Positions 28,143 through 40,236 of a stretch of DNA of 43,906 nt are shown here, in pieces. A model generated the notes under the pieces. It ran no database searches. It saw only the letters and a list, made by a program, of their open reading frames with translations, and was not told the DNA's origin. The translations under genes were made by a program, and so were the position numbers. Position 1 is the stretch's first letter. Each line of letters begins with the position of its first letter. This DNA is from a bacterium. Its GTDB lineage: Bacteria; Zhuqueibacterota; Zhuqueibacteria; Zhuqueibacterales; Zhuqueibacteraceae. The DNA lies in NCBI GenBank assembly GCA_044869275.1, contig JBIOXB010000187.1, positions 1-43,906 of the forward strand, given 5' to 3'.

Positions 28143-28970
28143 CTATTTACCGCGCCGTTTGATGATGTATTTGCTCGAAGCTTTGCTCGGCTTGCGCGTT
28201 TTCAGGCCCTTGGACTTCTGGCCCCAGGGCGAGCAGGGATGCCGCCCGCCGGAAGATTTGCCTTCGCCGCCACCCATGGGGTGATCGACCGGATTCATCG
28301 CCACGCCGCGCACATACGGCTTCCATCCCAGCCAGCGGGAACGGCCGGCCTTGCCCCAGGAAATATTCTCATGATCGAGATTGCCCACCTGGCCGATGGT
28401 CGCGCGGCATTCGACGCGCACCATGCGCACTTCTCCGGAAGGCAGGCGCAGTTGCGCGTAGCTGCCTTCGCGCGCGAGCAATTGCACTTCGCTGCCCGCG
28501 CTGCGACCAATCTGCGCGCCGCGGCCGCGCCGCAATTCGACGTTATGAATCGTGAGACCCAGCGGAATATTGCTTAACGGCAAACTGTTGCCCGGACGAA
28601 TTTCCGCCTCCGGGCCCGACATGATTTTATCGCCGACATTCACGCCCACCGGCGCAATAATGTAGCGTTTGTCGCCATCGGCATAGACCAGCAGTGCGAT
28701 ACGCGCCGAACGATTGGGGTCGTATTCGATCGCTGCCACGCGTGCGGGAACACCATCCTTATCGCGCTTGAAATCGATCAGGCGATATGCGCGCTTGTGG
28801 CCGCCGCCGCGATGGCGCATCGTCAGCTTGCCCAGGTTGTTGCGGCCACCGCTTTTGCGCAGCGGCTCCAGCAGAGACTTCTCCGGACGGTCTTTCGTAA
28901 TCTCTTCGAAAGTCGAGACCGTGCGGAAACGCATGCTGGGCGTGGTCGGTTTGAAAGATTTTATGGGCAT
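28143..28970 (-). CDS. rplB: 50S ribosomal protein L2
   Basis: [18 protein letters not shown] and [17 protein letters not shown] motifs. Confidence 0.99.
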   Translation of the reverse strand: MPIKSFKPTTPSMRFRTVSTFEEITKDRPEKSLLEPLRKSGGRNNLGKLTMRHRGGGHKRAYRLIDFKRDKDGVPARVAAIEYDPNRSARIALLVYADGDKRYIIAPVGVNVGDKIMSGPEAEIRPGNSLPLSNIPLGLTIHNVELRRGRGAQIGRSAGSEVQLLAREGSYAQLRLPSGEVRMVRVECRATIGQVGNLDHENISWGKAGRSRWLGWKPYVRGVAMNPVDHPMGGGEGKSSGGRHPCSPWGQKSKGLKTRKPSKASSKYIIKRRGK

Positions 28971-29001
28971 GGATGCCGTTCCCAGGTTTCAAATCAGATG
29001 G

Positions 29002-29060
29002 TTCAGATTTCACGTTTTGCGTCTCACGCGAGACACAAAGGGTAAAGCGTGAGGCGGAAA
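29002..29060. repeat. Heptamer palindrome, family B (rplW-rplB spacer)
   Basis: ttcagat ttcacgt tttgcgt ctcacgc ... gtaaagc gtgaggc; stem CGTCTCACGC/GCGTGAGGCG. Confidence 0.72.
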
Positions 29061-29101
29061 AAACATCGGCTTTTTTCTGCCCAGGCGATAGCGGTATTGA
29101 C

Positions 29102-29410
29102 CTAAGCCGTTGCCGTGCCGAAGAAGTCGATTTTCTTGCCCTCGGCGATGGTGACCAGCGCCTTCTTGCGGTCGCTGCGCTTGCCGAAAGTCATGCCGCG
29201 GCGCGTGTTCATGCGCTTGCGCTTGCCTTTGGCGTTGATAATGTTCACGCCCGTCACTTTGACGCCGAACTTCTTTTCGACCGCGCGCTTGATTTCCAGT
29301 TTATTGGCATCGGCCAAGACTTCGAAGCCGTATTGGTTGCGCTTCTCGCCCAACAGCATCACTTTTTCCGTCAACAACGGGCGGCGCAATATTTCTTCGG
29401 GGGTTCTCAT
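29102..29410 (-). CDS. rplW: 50S ribosomal protein L23
   Basis: RPLLTEK, ANKLEIKRAVE and KKALVT motifs. Confidence 0.99.
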   Translation of the reverse strand: MRTPEEILRRPLLTEKVMLLGEKRNQYGFEVLADANKLEIKRAVEKKFGVKVTGVNIINAKGKRKRMNTRRGMTFGKRSDRKKALVTIAEGKKIDFFGTATA

Positions 29411-30036
29411 GCCTGCAACACTCCTGCGATCTTTGCAATCGCGCCTTCCTGAATGAACAGCTTCTGGCAGTCGAGCAATTCGTACGTCGAGACCGCATCA
29501 CCGGGTTGCACATTCAGCTTTGCCAGGTTGCGGCTGGCACGGTACAGCATCGCATCTTGTTGCGGAATCAAGAAAAGAGATTTGGTATCGTTCGCCGCGA
29601 AACCCTTCAGAATCGCCGCCATATCCCGCGTCTTGCCGCTGGCGATGGTGAAGTTTTCCACCACCACAACCTGATTGTCTTTCATCTTGCGGGACAGAAC
29701 GGAAATGCGCGCCAGCTTCTTCACTTTCTTGTTGATGTCCTGGCTGTAGTCGCGTGGGCGCGGACCGAATACCCGTCCGCCGCCAACCCAGACCGGCGAG
29801 CGCGTGGAGCCGGCGCGCGCGACGCCGCGGCCCTTTTGCTTCCACGGCTTCTTGCCGCCGCCGCGCACTTCGCTGCGGGTTTTCGTCTTGTGCGTGCCCT
29901 GGCGCGCGTTCGCCCGTTGCGCCTTCACCGCCAGATAAACGACATGTTCATTCGGCTCAATGCCGAAAATGGCGTCAGGGAGCTCGATGCTGCGCCCGGA
30001 TTTTTGCCCGTCTTTGGTATAAACTTCGACTCGCAT
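29407..30036 (-). CDS. rplD: 50S ribosomal protein L4
   Basis: RQGTHKTKTRSEVRGGGKKPWKQKG and GGGRVFGPRPR motifs. Confidence 0.99.
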   Translation of the reverse strand: MRVEVYTKDGQKSGRSIELPDAIFGIEPNEHVVYLAVKAQRANARQGTHKTKTRSEVRGGGKKPWKQKGRGVARAGSTRSPVWVGGGRVFGPRPRDYSQDINKKVKKLARISVLSRKMKDNQVVVVENFTIASGKTRDMAAILKGFAANDTKSLFLIPQQDAMLYRASRNLAKLNVQPGDAVSTYELLDCQKLFIQEGAIAKIAGVLQA

Positions 30037-30043
30037 GTTTCGC

Positions 30044-30664
30044 TCACTTGCAGATGGTCACGATGCCGTTCGCTGCGCCCGGCACGGCGCCCTTGATCAT
30101 GACGATGTTATTGTCCGCATCAATCTTGAAGATTTTCAGATTTCGCACGCTCACGCGCTCGTTGCCCATCTGGCCGGCCATGCGCATGCCCTTCCACACG
30201 CGCGAAGGCCACGAACTGCCGCCCACGGAACCGGGCGCGCGCACGCGGTCGCTTTGGCCGTGCGTGGTCGAGCCCCCGCCGAAGTGATGGCGCTTCACCA
30301 CGCCTTGAAAGCCCTTGCCCTTGCTCACACCGATGACCTTGACTTTGTCGCCGGCCTTGAAGACATCCGCCTTGATCACATCGCCCAACTTGAGCTCGGC
30401 GCCGCTTTGAAAATCGCGGAACTCTTTCACGTGCCGCATCGGCTTGACACTGGCCTTGGCAAAATGACCGCGCTCCGGACTGTTGGTTTTGCGTTCCGGC
30501 TTTTCTTCAAAGCCCACTTGAATCGCGCTATAGCCGTGTTTGTCCGCGGTGCGAATCTCTGTGACGAAACAGGGACCGGCCTCGATCACCGTCACCGGGA
30601 TGCTATTGCCGCGTTCGTCAAAGACGCGCGTCATGCCCAGTTTTTTGCCTATCAATCCAGTCAT
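30044..30664 (-). CDS. rplC: 50S ribosomal protein L3
   Basis: GKKLGMT, SKGKGFQGVVKRH and KGAVPG motifs. Confidence 0.99.
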   Translation of the reverse strand: MTGLIGKKLGMTRVFDERGNSIPVTVIEAGPCFVTEIRTADKHGYSAIQVGFEEKPERKTNSPERGHFAKASVKPMRHVKEFRDFQSGAELKLGDVIKADVFKAGDKVKVIGVSKGKGFQGVVKRHHFGGGSTTHGQSDRVRAPGSVGGSSWPSRVWKGMRMAGQMGNERVSVRNLKIFKIDADNNIVMIKGAVPGAANGIVTICK

Positions 30665-30783
30665 AATTCTTGTCGCGTAAAATTAAGGAATCAATCCTCT
30701 CTCAGCCGGCCTTTCGCCTTGCACCCCTGGCAGCGCTTCAATCGCCGCTGCGCGCGTCACCCGCACGATCGCTCCGTTTCGCT

Positions 30784-31092
30784 TCAGACCTTGATTTCAA
30801 CATCAACGCCGGCGGGCAGCTCCAGCTTCATGAGCGCATCGACGGTTTTTGCATTCGAATTCACGATGTCAATCAGGCGCTTGTGAATACGCGTCTCGAA
30901 TTGTTCGCGCGATTTTTTATCCACGTGCGGCGAGCGCAGCACGGTGTAGACCGAGCGCTTGGTCGGCAGCGGAATCGGGCCCGAGATCATGGCGCCGGTT
31001 TGCTTGGCCGTACGAATGATTTTATCTGTCGATTTGTCGATCAGGCGATGATCGTGCGCCTTGAGCTTGATCCGGATTTTTTGTCCGACCAC
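30784..31092 (-). CDS. rpsJ: 30S ribosomal protein S10
   Basis: [17 protein letters not shown] and [14 protein letters not shown] motifs; GTG start. Confidence 0.99.
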   Translation of the reverse strand: MVGQKIRIKLKAHDHRLIDKSTDKIIRTAKQTGAMISGPIPLPTKRSVYTVLRSPHVDKKSREQFETRIHKRLIDIVNSNAKTVDALMKLELPAGVDVEIKV

Positions 31093-31156
31093 GAGATTTT
31101 ACTCCGCGATTCTTGTCAAACAGCGAACTTCAAATAGCGAGACCACTGAAGGTTTT

Positions 31157-31223
31157 TTTACGTCTTGCGCATCACGCATTACGAATTGTGCAAAACGCAA
31201 TGCGTCATTCGTATGGCAAGACG
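31157..31223. repeat. Heptamer palindrome, family B (tuf-rpsJ spacer)
   Basis: tttacgt cttgcgc atcacgc attacga ... caaaacg caatgcg tcattcg ... caagacg; stems CGTCTTGC/GCAAGACG and ACGCATT/AATGCGT. Confidence 0.75.
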
Positions 31224-31235
31224 CTATGACTGACC

Positions 31236-31271
31236 AAAAGAAAGGGCATCGCATTGCAGCTCACGATGCCC
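31236..31271 (-). terminator. Terminator/attenuator-like hairpin after tuf
   Basis: mRNA GGGCATCG-12 nt-CGATGCCC followed by TTTCTTTT. Confidence 0.65.
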
Positions 31272-31303
31272 ATTCAATTTTGGGCCACGCGTCCGATCAA
31301 AGC

Positions 31304-32509
31304 TTATTCCGTGATCTTGGCAACGGCCCCGGCGCCGATGGTGCGCCCGCCTTCGCGAATCGCGAAGCGCAAACCTTCTTCCATGGCGATCGGCGCGATC
31401 AATTCCACGGTCATGGCGATATTGTCGCCCGGCATCACCATTTCCACGCCCTGCGGAAGATTGGCCACGCCCGTGACGTCCGTCGTACGGAAATAGAATT
31501 GTGGGCGATAGCCGTTGAAAAACGGCGTGTGACGGCCGCCTTCTTCCTTCTTCAACACGTAAACCTCGGCGGTGAATTTGGTATGAGGCGTGATCGAACC
31601 CGGTTGCGCGACCACCTGGCCGCGCTCCAGATCCTCTTTCTCCACGCCGCGCAGCAACAAGCCCACATTGTCTCCGGCTTCGCCAGAGTCCAGCAGCTTG
31701 CGGAACATTTCCACACCCGTGACCACGGATTTCTTGGCTTTCTTCTCTTCTTTCGTGCCCAAGCCCACGATTTCTACTTCTTCGCCGACTTTAATTCTGC
31801 CGCGCTCGATACGTCCCGTGCCGACGGTACCGCGACCGGTGATCGAAAACACGTCTTCGATCGGCATCAAGAACGGCTTATCCACTTCACGCAGCGGCGT
31901 CGGAATGTAGGAATCCACGGCATTCATCAAATCGATGATGCACTTCGATTTGGCCGCATCCTTGGGATCGTTCAAGGCTTCCAGCGCGCTGCCACGAATA
32001 ATGGGAATCTCGTCGCCCGGGAATTTGTATTCCTTCAGCAGGTCGCGCAACTCGAGCTCGACCAGCTCCAGCAATTCTGGATCGTCGACCATGTCGACTT
32101 TGTTCATGAACACCACCATGAACGGCACGCCGACCTGGCGCGCCAGCAAGATGTGCTCGCGCGTTTGCGGCATGGGGCCGTCGGCCGCGCTCACCACGAG
32201 AATCGCGCCGTCCATCTGCGCCGCGCCGGTGATCATGTTTTTCACATAGTCGGCATGGCCCGGGCAGTCCACATGCGCATAGTGGCGTTTTTCGGTTTGA
32301 TATTCCACGTGCGCGGTGTTGATCGTAATACCGCGCGCCTTTTCTTCTGGTGCATTGTCAATGGAATCGTAACTGCGGAATTCCGCCAAACCCTTGGCCT
32401 GGAGAACCAATGTGATCGCGGCCGTCAACGTGGTTTTGCCGTGATCGACGTGGCCGATCGTGCCGATGTTGACGTGAGGTTTGGAGCGAACAAACTTTTG
32501 CTTAGACAT
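31304..32509 (-). CDS. tuf: Elongation factor Tu
   Basis: [37 protein letters not shown] and FAIREGGRT motifs. Confidence 0.99.
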   Translation of the reverse strand: MSKQKFVRSKPHVNIGTIGHVDHGKTTLTAAITLVLQAKGLAEFRSYDSIDNAPEEKARGITINTAHVEYQTEKRHYAHVDCPGHADYVKNMITGAAQMDGAILVVSAADGPMPQTREHILLARQVGVPFMVVFMNKVDMVDDPELLELVELELRDLLKEYKFPGDEIPIIRGSALEALNDPKDAAKSKCIIDLMNAVDSYIPTPLREVDKPFLMPIEDVFSITGRGTVGTGRIERGRIKVGEEVEIVGLGTKEEKKAKKSVVTGVEMFRKLLDSGEAGDNVGLLLRGVEKEDLERGQVVAQPGSITPHTKFTAEVYVLKKEEGGRHTPFFNGYRPQFYFRTTDVTGVANLPQGVEMVMPGDNIAMTVELIAPIAMEEGLRFAIREGGRTIGAGAVAKITE

Positions 32510-32657
32510 AAATCAGCCTCCCGACGGAAACTTAGGGATCAATTCTTTATGGTTATCTGCATGAGCATCTGCAAAAATTCAATCCAATTCATTTTGACAC
32601 TCCCCTCCCGCCACGGGGACAGGCATAGCCGCACGACTCGATCAGAATACCGATCGC

Positions 32658-34748
<2,091 letters not shown>

Positions 34749-34892
34749 AAAAAATCCACAATTTCTCTGAAGAAGAGCTGCCGTTCTCCTCAGAGTAGTG
34801 GAGAAGAATGCAACTGCCTTGTTTGTCTCTTCAGCTACCTTCCAAAATCAGTTCAACAGCATGCGCCACCCTCAACCGGTGTGCGCCTCAAC

Positions 34893-35369
<477 letters not shown>

Positions 35370-35374
35370 CTAGC

Positions 35375-35758
35375 TTATTTAGCCGCTGCTTTTTTTCTCT
35401 TGGTGCCGTATTTGGAACGTCCCTGATTGCGGTCTTGCACGCCCGCGGCATCATAGACCCCGCGCACGATGTGATAGCGTACACCCGGCAGATCTTTCAC
35501 GCGGCCACCGCGAATCAGCACGATGGAGTGCTCCTGCAAATTGTGGCCTTCCCCGGGAATATAGGCCGTGACCTCATATTGATTGGTCAAGCGCACACGC
35601 GCCACTTTGCGCAGAGCCGAATTCGGTTTCTTGGGCGTCGTGGTGTACACACGTGTGCACACACCGCGGCGTTGCGGCGATCCCGTCAGCGCCGGAGCTG
35701 TGGTTTTTGGTCTTAGACGCTCCCGGCCAAGACGAACCAATTGATTTATCGTCGGCAA
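35375..35758 (-). CDS. rpsL: 30S ribosomal protein S12
   Basis: [19 protein letters not shown] and [12 protein letters not shown] motifs; TTG start with AAGGAG. Confidence 0.99.
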   Translation of the reverse strand: MPTINQLVRLGRERLRPKTTAPALTGSPQRRGVCTRVYTTTPKKPNSALRKVARVRLTNQYEVTAYIPGEGHNLQEHSIVLIRGGRVKDLPGVRYHIVRGVYDAAGVQDRNQGRSKYGTKRKKAAAK

Positions 35759-35786
35759 GCGAACTCCTTATTTATCCAAGACTGTT

Positions 35787-35815
35787 AATATAATTGATCA
35801 ATTTCGAAAAAGCAA
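35787..35815 (-). promoter_or_regulatory. Putative sigma70 promoter of the str/S10/spc/alpha superoperon
   Basis: Minus strand TTGCTT (35815-35810), 17-nt spacer, TATATT (35792-35787) in an AT-rich patch. Confidence 0.75.
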
Positions 35816-35858
35816 CTCTTTTTAGAGCTTACTTGCACAAAATTTGCAGTTCAAAGCC

Positions 35859-35896
35859 GTGAGCGAGGGCAGATTTCAAAGACAGCCCTCACTCAC
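35859..35896 (-). terminator. Hairpin after rpoC (weak terminator or 3' stabiliser)
   Basis: mRNA GTGAGTGAGGGC...GCCCTCGCTCAC 12-bp stem, ~10 nt after the stop; no clear U-tract. Confidence 0.5.
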
Positions 35897-35905
35897 GCCA
35901 AACTA

Positions 35906-38900
35906 TCATCCCGCCGCGCTTTGCAGCGTACTGTCCATTTCCCGGACTTGGCCATCCGAGTTCACGCGCAGGCGCTTGAACTTGTTCAAGCCCGTACCCG
36001 CCGGAATGAGATTGCCCATAATGACGTTCTCTTTCAAACCAAGCAGTTTGTCGACCTTGCCTTCGATGGAGGCTTCGGTCAACACGCGCGTGGTTTCCTG
36101 GAAAGAAGCCGCGGAGATGAAGCTTTCGGTGGTCAACGAAGCTTTGGTGATACCCAGCAGTAGCGGCTGGAATGTCGCCGGCTGCGCGGGACGCGTTTTG
36201 ACCGGTTTCTTGCCCGCCTTTTTCAGCTTTTCGTTCTGCCTCTCCACTTCGTCCGGATCGACGGGCGTTTTCTCTTTCAGCTTCGAATCGCCGGCCTCGG
36301 TGACGACCACCATGTGGCGGATGCGCTCGTTCTCGGCGAGAAAACGAATCTTGTCCACCTGATCGCCCTCGAGATAATCGGTATCGCCCGGATCTTCGAT
36401 CTTCACTTTTTGCAGCATCTGACGCACGATCACTTCGATGTGCTTGTCGTTGATGCGCACGCCTTGCAAACGATACACCTCCTGGATTTCGTTCACCAGA
36501 TATTCTTGCACCTTGTTGGGTCCCATGATGTTAAGAATATCCTGCGGCGCGATCGAGCCTTCGGAGAGTTTTTCGCCTGCGTGCACGTAGTCACCGTCAT
36601 GCACCAACACGTGCTTGCCGTAAGGAATTTGATACACCTTTTCTTCCTTGCCGTCGCGCGAGACGATATTGATCTTGCGCACGCCGCGGCGGATTTCCCC
36701 GAACTTCACCTGCCCATCGATTTCACTGACGATGGCAGGTTCTTTCGGGCGCCGCGCTTCAAACAATTCCGCCACGCGCGGCAAACCGCCGGTGATGTCG
36801 CGGGTCTTCGCAATTTCGCGCGGAATCTTCACCAGCACCTCGCCGGCTTTCACCTGCTGGCCGTCATACACCTGCAGATACGAACGTGTCGGCAGAATGT
36901 ACGCGCTGAGCTTCTTGTCGCCGTCCATGATGTATATCTGCGGGTTAAGATTGCGCAAACGCGTTTCAATGATCACGCGCTGCTTCATCCCCGTGGTCTC
37001 GTCCAACTCTTCACGCATGGTGATGTTTTCTTTGACGTCCGCAAACTTCACCGCGCCGTCGTGATTGGCGAGAATGCTGGCAGTATAAGGATCCCAGCGG
37101 AAGACGACTTTGCCGCGCTTCACCTGATCGTTTTCGTTGACGAGAATGTTGGCGCCGTACGGGATGATGTATTGCGCCACCGTGCGGTTGTTCTCGTCGA
37201 TCACTTTCAATTTGCCATTGCGGCCGACGGCGATGATACCGCCATCGTGATACACCACAGACTTCAGGTTCTCGAACCTCACTGAGCCGTCCTGCTTCGC
37301 CGCGACTTGCGACTGCGCCGCGATGCGCGAGGCCGTGCCGCCGATGTGGAACGTGCGTAGCGTCAATTGCGTGCCCGGCTCGCCGATGGATTGCGCCGCC
37401 ATCACGCCGACGGCTTCACCCATGTTGACCATCTTGCCGGTGGCGAGATTGCGGCCGTAACACTTGGCGCACACGCCGCGATCGGCTTCGCACGTCAACA
37501 CCGAGCGAATCAGCACGGTTTCCAGGCCCGCGTCGGAAATACGGTCGGCCCGCTCTTCGTCAATGATGTCGCCGGCTTCGCAAATAATGCTGCCGGTGTC
37601 GGGGTCGTAGATATCTTCCTGCGCCACCCGGCCGAGAATGCGGTCGCGGATCGGCTCGATCACTTCCTCACCCTCTTTCAGATCGCCGATACGCAAGCCC
37701 AAAATCGTGCCGCAGTCGTCACGCGAAATGATGACGTCCTGCGCGACATCCACCAGGCGGCGGGTCAGATAACCGGCATCCGCGGTCTTCAAGGCGGTGT
37801 CGGCCAGACCCTTGCGCGCGCCGTGCGTGGAGATGAAGTATTCCAGCACCGATAAGCCTTCGCGGAAGTTCGCGGTGATGGGGTTCTCGATGATTTCGCC
37901 CATCTGGCCGGTCATTTTCTTTTGCGGCTTGGCCATCAAACCGCGCATGCCCGCGAGCTGGCGAATCTGCTCTTTCGAGCCGCGCGCGCCGGAATCGGCC
38001 ATCATGAAAATGGGATTAAAACCCTGGCGATCGACCGACAAACGCTCGAACATCTTTTCCGCCACGTCGCTGGTGGTGTGCGTCCAGATGTCGATGATCT
38101 GGTTGTAGCGCTCGCCGTCGGTGATCACACCCTTTTCGTACTGCGTTTGAATCATGTTGACTTTGTTGAAAGCGGCCTCGAGATATTTCGCTTTTTCGGC
38201 CGGGATCATCACGTCTTGCACGCCGACGGTGACGCCCGACTTCATGGCGTGTTCGAAGCCCAGTTCCTTGAGCTTGTCCAGGAATTGCGCCGTGCGAAAA
38301 TTGCCGAGCTGCTTATAGACCTGCGACACCAATTCTTCCAAACGCTTCTTGGTGAGCAACTCGTTCACATAGCCGATTTCCGGCGGCACGATGCGATTCA
38401 AGATCACGCGGCCGACCGTGGTTTCGAGCAGCTCGCCGTGGTGGCGCACTTTAATGCGCGTGTGCAAGCCGATCTTTTCGTCGTGATAAGCGATATTGAC
38501 CTCGTCCGGGTTCGAGAAAATCTTGTTTTCATCCGGCGCGCCGCTTTTGGCCTTGGTCAAATAATAGACGCCGAGCACGATGTCCTGACTCGGAATTGCC
38601 AGCGGGCGGCCCGAAGCGGGCGACAAAATATTGTGGCTCGACAGCATCAACAGCCGCGTTTCGGTCTGCGAATAATAGCTCAACGGCACGTGCACGGCCA
38701 TTTGGTCGCCGTCAAAATCCGCGTTGAACGCCGCGCACACCAGGGGATGAATCTGCAGGGCCTTGCCCTCGATCAGAATCGGCTGGAAAGCCTGGATGCC
38801 GAGACGGTGCAGCGTGGGTGCGCGGTTGAGCAGAATGGGATGGTCGTCGATGATCTCTTCCAGAATATCCCAAACGTTGCCGTCGCGGCGATCGACCATT

Positions 38901-40123
38901 TTCTTCGCGCTTTTCACCGTTTTCGCGATGCTGCGCTCGACCAGTTTGCGGATCACGAACGGCTTGAACAATTCCAGCGCCATTTCTTTGGGCAAGCCGC
39001 ATTCGTGCAGGCGCAATTCCGGACCCACGACGATCACCGAGCGGCCGGAATAATCGATGCGCTTGCCCAGCAGATTTTGACGGAAACGGCCTTGTTTGCC
39101 GCGCAGCATATCGGACAAGGATTTCAGCGGGCGATTGCCGTCGCCACGCACCGCGGCGGTTTTGCGGCCGTTGTCGAATAACGCGTCCACCGCCTCTTGC
39201 AGCATGCGCTTCTCGTTGCGCAAGATCACTTCCGGAGCTTTGATCTCCATCAGCTTTTTAAGGCGGTTGTTGCGAATGATGACGCGGCGGTACAAATCAT
39301 TCAAATCGGAGGTGGCAAAGCGCCCGCCTTCCAGCGGCACCAGCGGCCGCAGTTCCGGCGGAATGACCGGCACCACGGACAGCACCATCCAGTCCGGGCG
39401 GTTCCGGCTGCGCTTGATCGCTTCAATCACTTTCAAGCGTTTGAGCGCTTCGGACTTGCGCTGGAAAGAAGTCTCGACCTGAACTTGATGGCGCAATTCC
39501 ACCGAAAGCCTTTCCGGATCGGTGCGCTTGAGCAATTCCAAAACCGCCTCGCCGCCGATCTTGGCGACAAAACGATTGCCGTCCTCACGCTCATGGCCTT
39601 CACCTTCTTGCCCGTGTTCGGCCATGATCTGAAAATATTCTTCTTCGGTGATCAGCTCTTTGGGCTGCCGACCGCTTCTGCCCGGCTCGACCACGACGTA
39701 GGATTCATAGTAAATTACTTTTTCCAGATCCTTGCCGCTCATGCCCAAAATGTAGCCGATCTTCGAGGGCAGCGATTTCCAAAACCAGATGTGCACCACC
39801 GGCACTGCCAGCGTAATGTGCCCCATGCGCTCGCGGCGCACGGATTTCGTGGTTACTTCCACGCCGCAGCGGTCGCAAACGATCCCTTTGTAGCGGATGC
39901 GCTTGTATTTGCCGCAGTGGCATTCCCAATCGCGCACCGGACCGAATATCTTCTCACAAAACAAGCCGTCTTTCTCAGGCTTGAAAGAACGGTAGTTGAT
40001 GGTTTCCGGTTTGGTCACTTCGCCGTGCGAGCGTTCCAAAATCTTGTCCGGCGAAGCCAGGCTGATGCCGATCGCATTGAAGTTGCGTCGCATCGCAGTA
40101 TCTTGCTTCATGAAGTATGTCAA
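35906..40123 (-). CDS. rpoC: RNA polymerase beta' subunit
   Basis: KPETINYR, Zn ribbon [30 protein letters not shown] and [10 protein letters not shown] motifs. Start likely TTG 40123 (GGAGG 6 nt upstream). Confidence 0.99.
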   Translation of the reverse strand: MTYFMKQDTAMRRNFNAIGISLASPDKILERSHGEVTKPETINYRSFKPEKDGLFCEKIFGPVRDWECHCGKYKRIRYKGIVCDRCGVEVTTKSVRRERMGHITLAVPVVHIWFWKSLPSKIGYILGMSGKDLEKVIYYESYVVVEPGRSGRQPKELITEEEYFQIMAEHGQEGEGHEREDGNRFVAKIGGEAVLELLKRTDPERLSVELRHQVQVETSFQRKSEALKRLKVIEAIKRSRNRPDWMVLSVVPVIPPELRPLVPLEGGRFATSDLNDLYRRVIIRNNRLKKLMEIKAPEVILRNEKRMLQEAVDALFDNGRKTAAVRGDGNRPLKSLSDMLRGKQGRFRQNLLGKRIDYSGRSVIVVGPELRLHECGLPKEMALELFKPFVIRKLVERSIAKTVKSAKKMVDRRDGNVWDILEEIIDDHPILLNRAPTLHRLGIQAFQPILIEGKALQIHPLVCAAFNADFDGDQMAVHVPLSYYSQTETRLLMLSSHNILSPASGRPLAIPSQDIVLGVYYLTKAKSGAPDENKIFSNPDEVNIAYHDEKIGLHTRIKVRHHGELLETTVGRVILNRIVPPEIGYVNELLTKKRLEELVSQVYKQLGNFRTAQFLDKLKELGFEHAMKSGVTVGVQDVMIPAEKAKYLEAAFNKVNMIQTQYEKGVITDGERYNQIIDIWTHTTSDVAEKMFERLSVDRQGFNPIFMMADSGARGSKEQIRQLAGMRGLMAKPQKKMTGQMGEIIENPITANFREGLSVLEYFISTHGARKGLADTALKTADAGYLTRRLVDVAQDVIISRDDCGTILGLRIGDLKEGEEVIEPIRDRILGRVAQEDIYDPDTGSIICEAGDIIDEERADRISDAGLETVLIRSVLTCEADRGVCAKCYGRNLATGKMVNMGEAVGVMAAQSIGEPGTQLTLRTFHIGGTASRIAAQSQVAAKQDGSVRFENLKSVVYHDGGIIAVGRNGKLKVIDENNRTVAQYIIPYGANILVNENDQVKRGKVVFRWDPYTASILANHDGAVKFADVKENITMREELDETTGMKQRVIIETRLRNLNPQIYIMDGDKKLSAYILPTRSYLQVYDGQQVKAGEVLVKIPREIAKTRDITGGLPRVAELFEARRPKEPAIVSEIDGQVKFGEIRRGVRKINIVSRDGKEEKVYQIPYGKHVLVHDGDYVHAGEKLSEGSIAPQDILNIMGPNKVQEYLVNEIQEVYRLQGVRINDKHIEVIVRQMLQKVKIEDPGDTDYLEGDQVDKIRFLAENERIRHMVVVTEAGDSKLKEKTPVDPDEVERQNEKLKKAGKKPVKTRPAQPATFQPLLLGITKASLTTESFISAASFQETTRVLTEASIEGKVDKLLGLKENVIMGNLIPAGTGLNKFKRLRVNSDGQVREMDSTLQSAAG

Positions 40124-40236
40124 GGTCAACCTCCCTGCAGGCCGCAGGTTTTAGCTATGTACAACGGCTTCGTTTCGGCATGAAACGATCGGCCGTCAAT
40201 TGCACTTGAAGTTTTGGGGCGCATCAGAACTTGCGC

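Noticed and set aside
32510..32657. Internal tuf promoter in the fusA-tuf spacer
   Set aside because: AT-rich, but no convincing -35/-10 pair at proper spacing.
35480..35640. Streptomycin-resistance changes in S12
   Set aside because: PKKPNS and RVKDLP are wild type.
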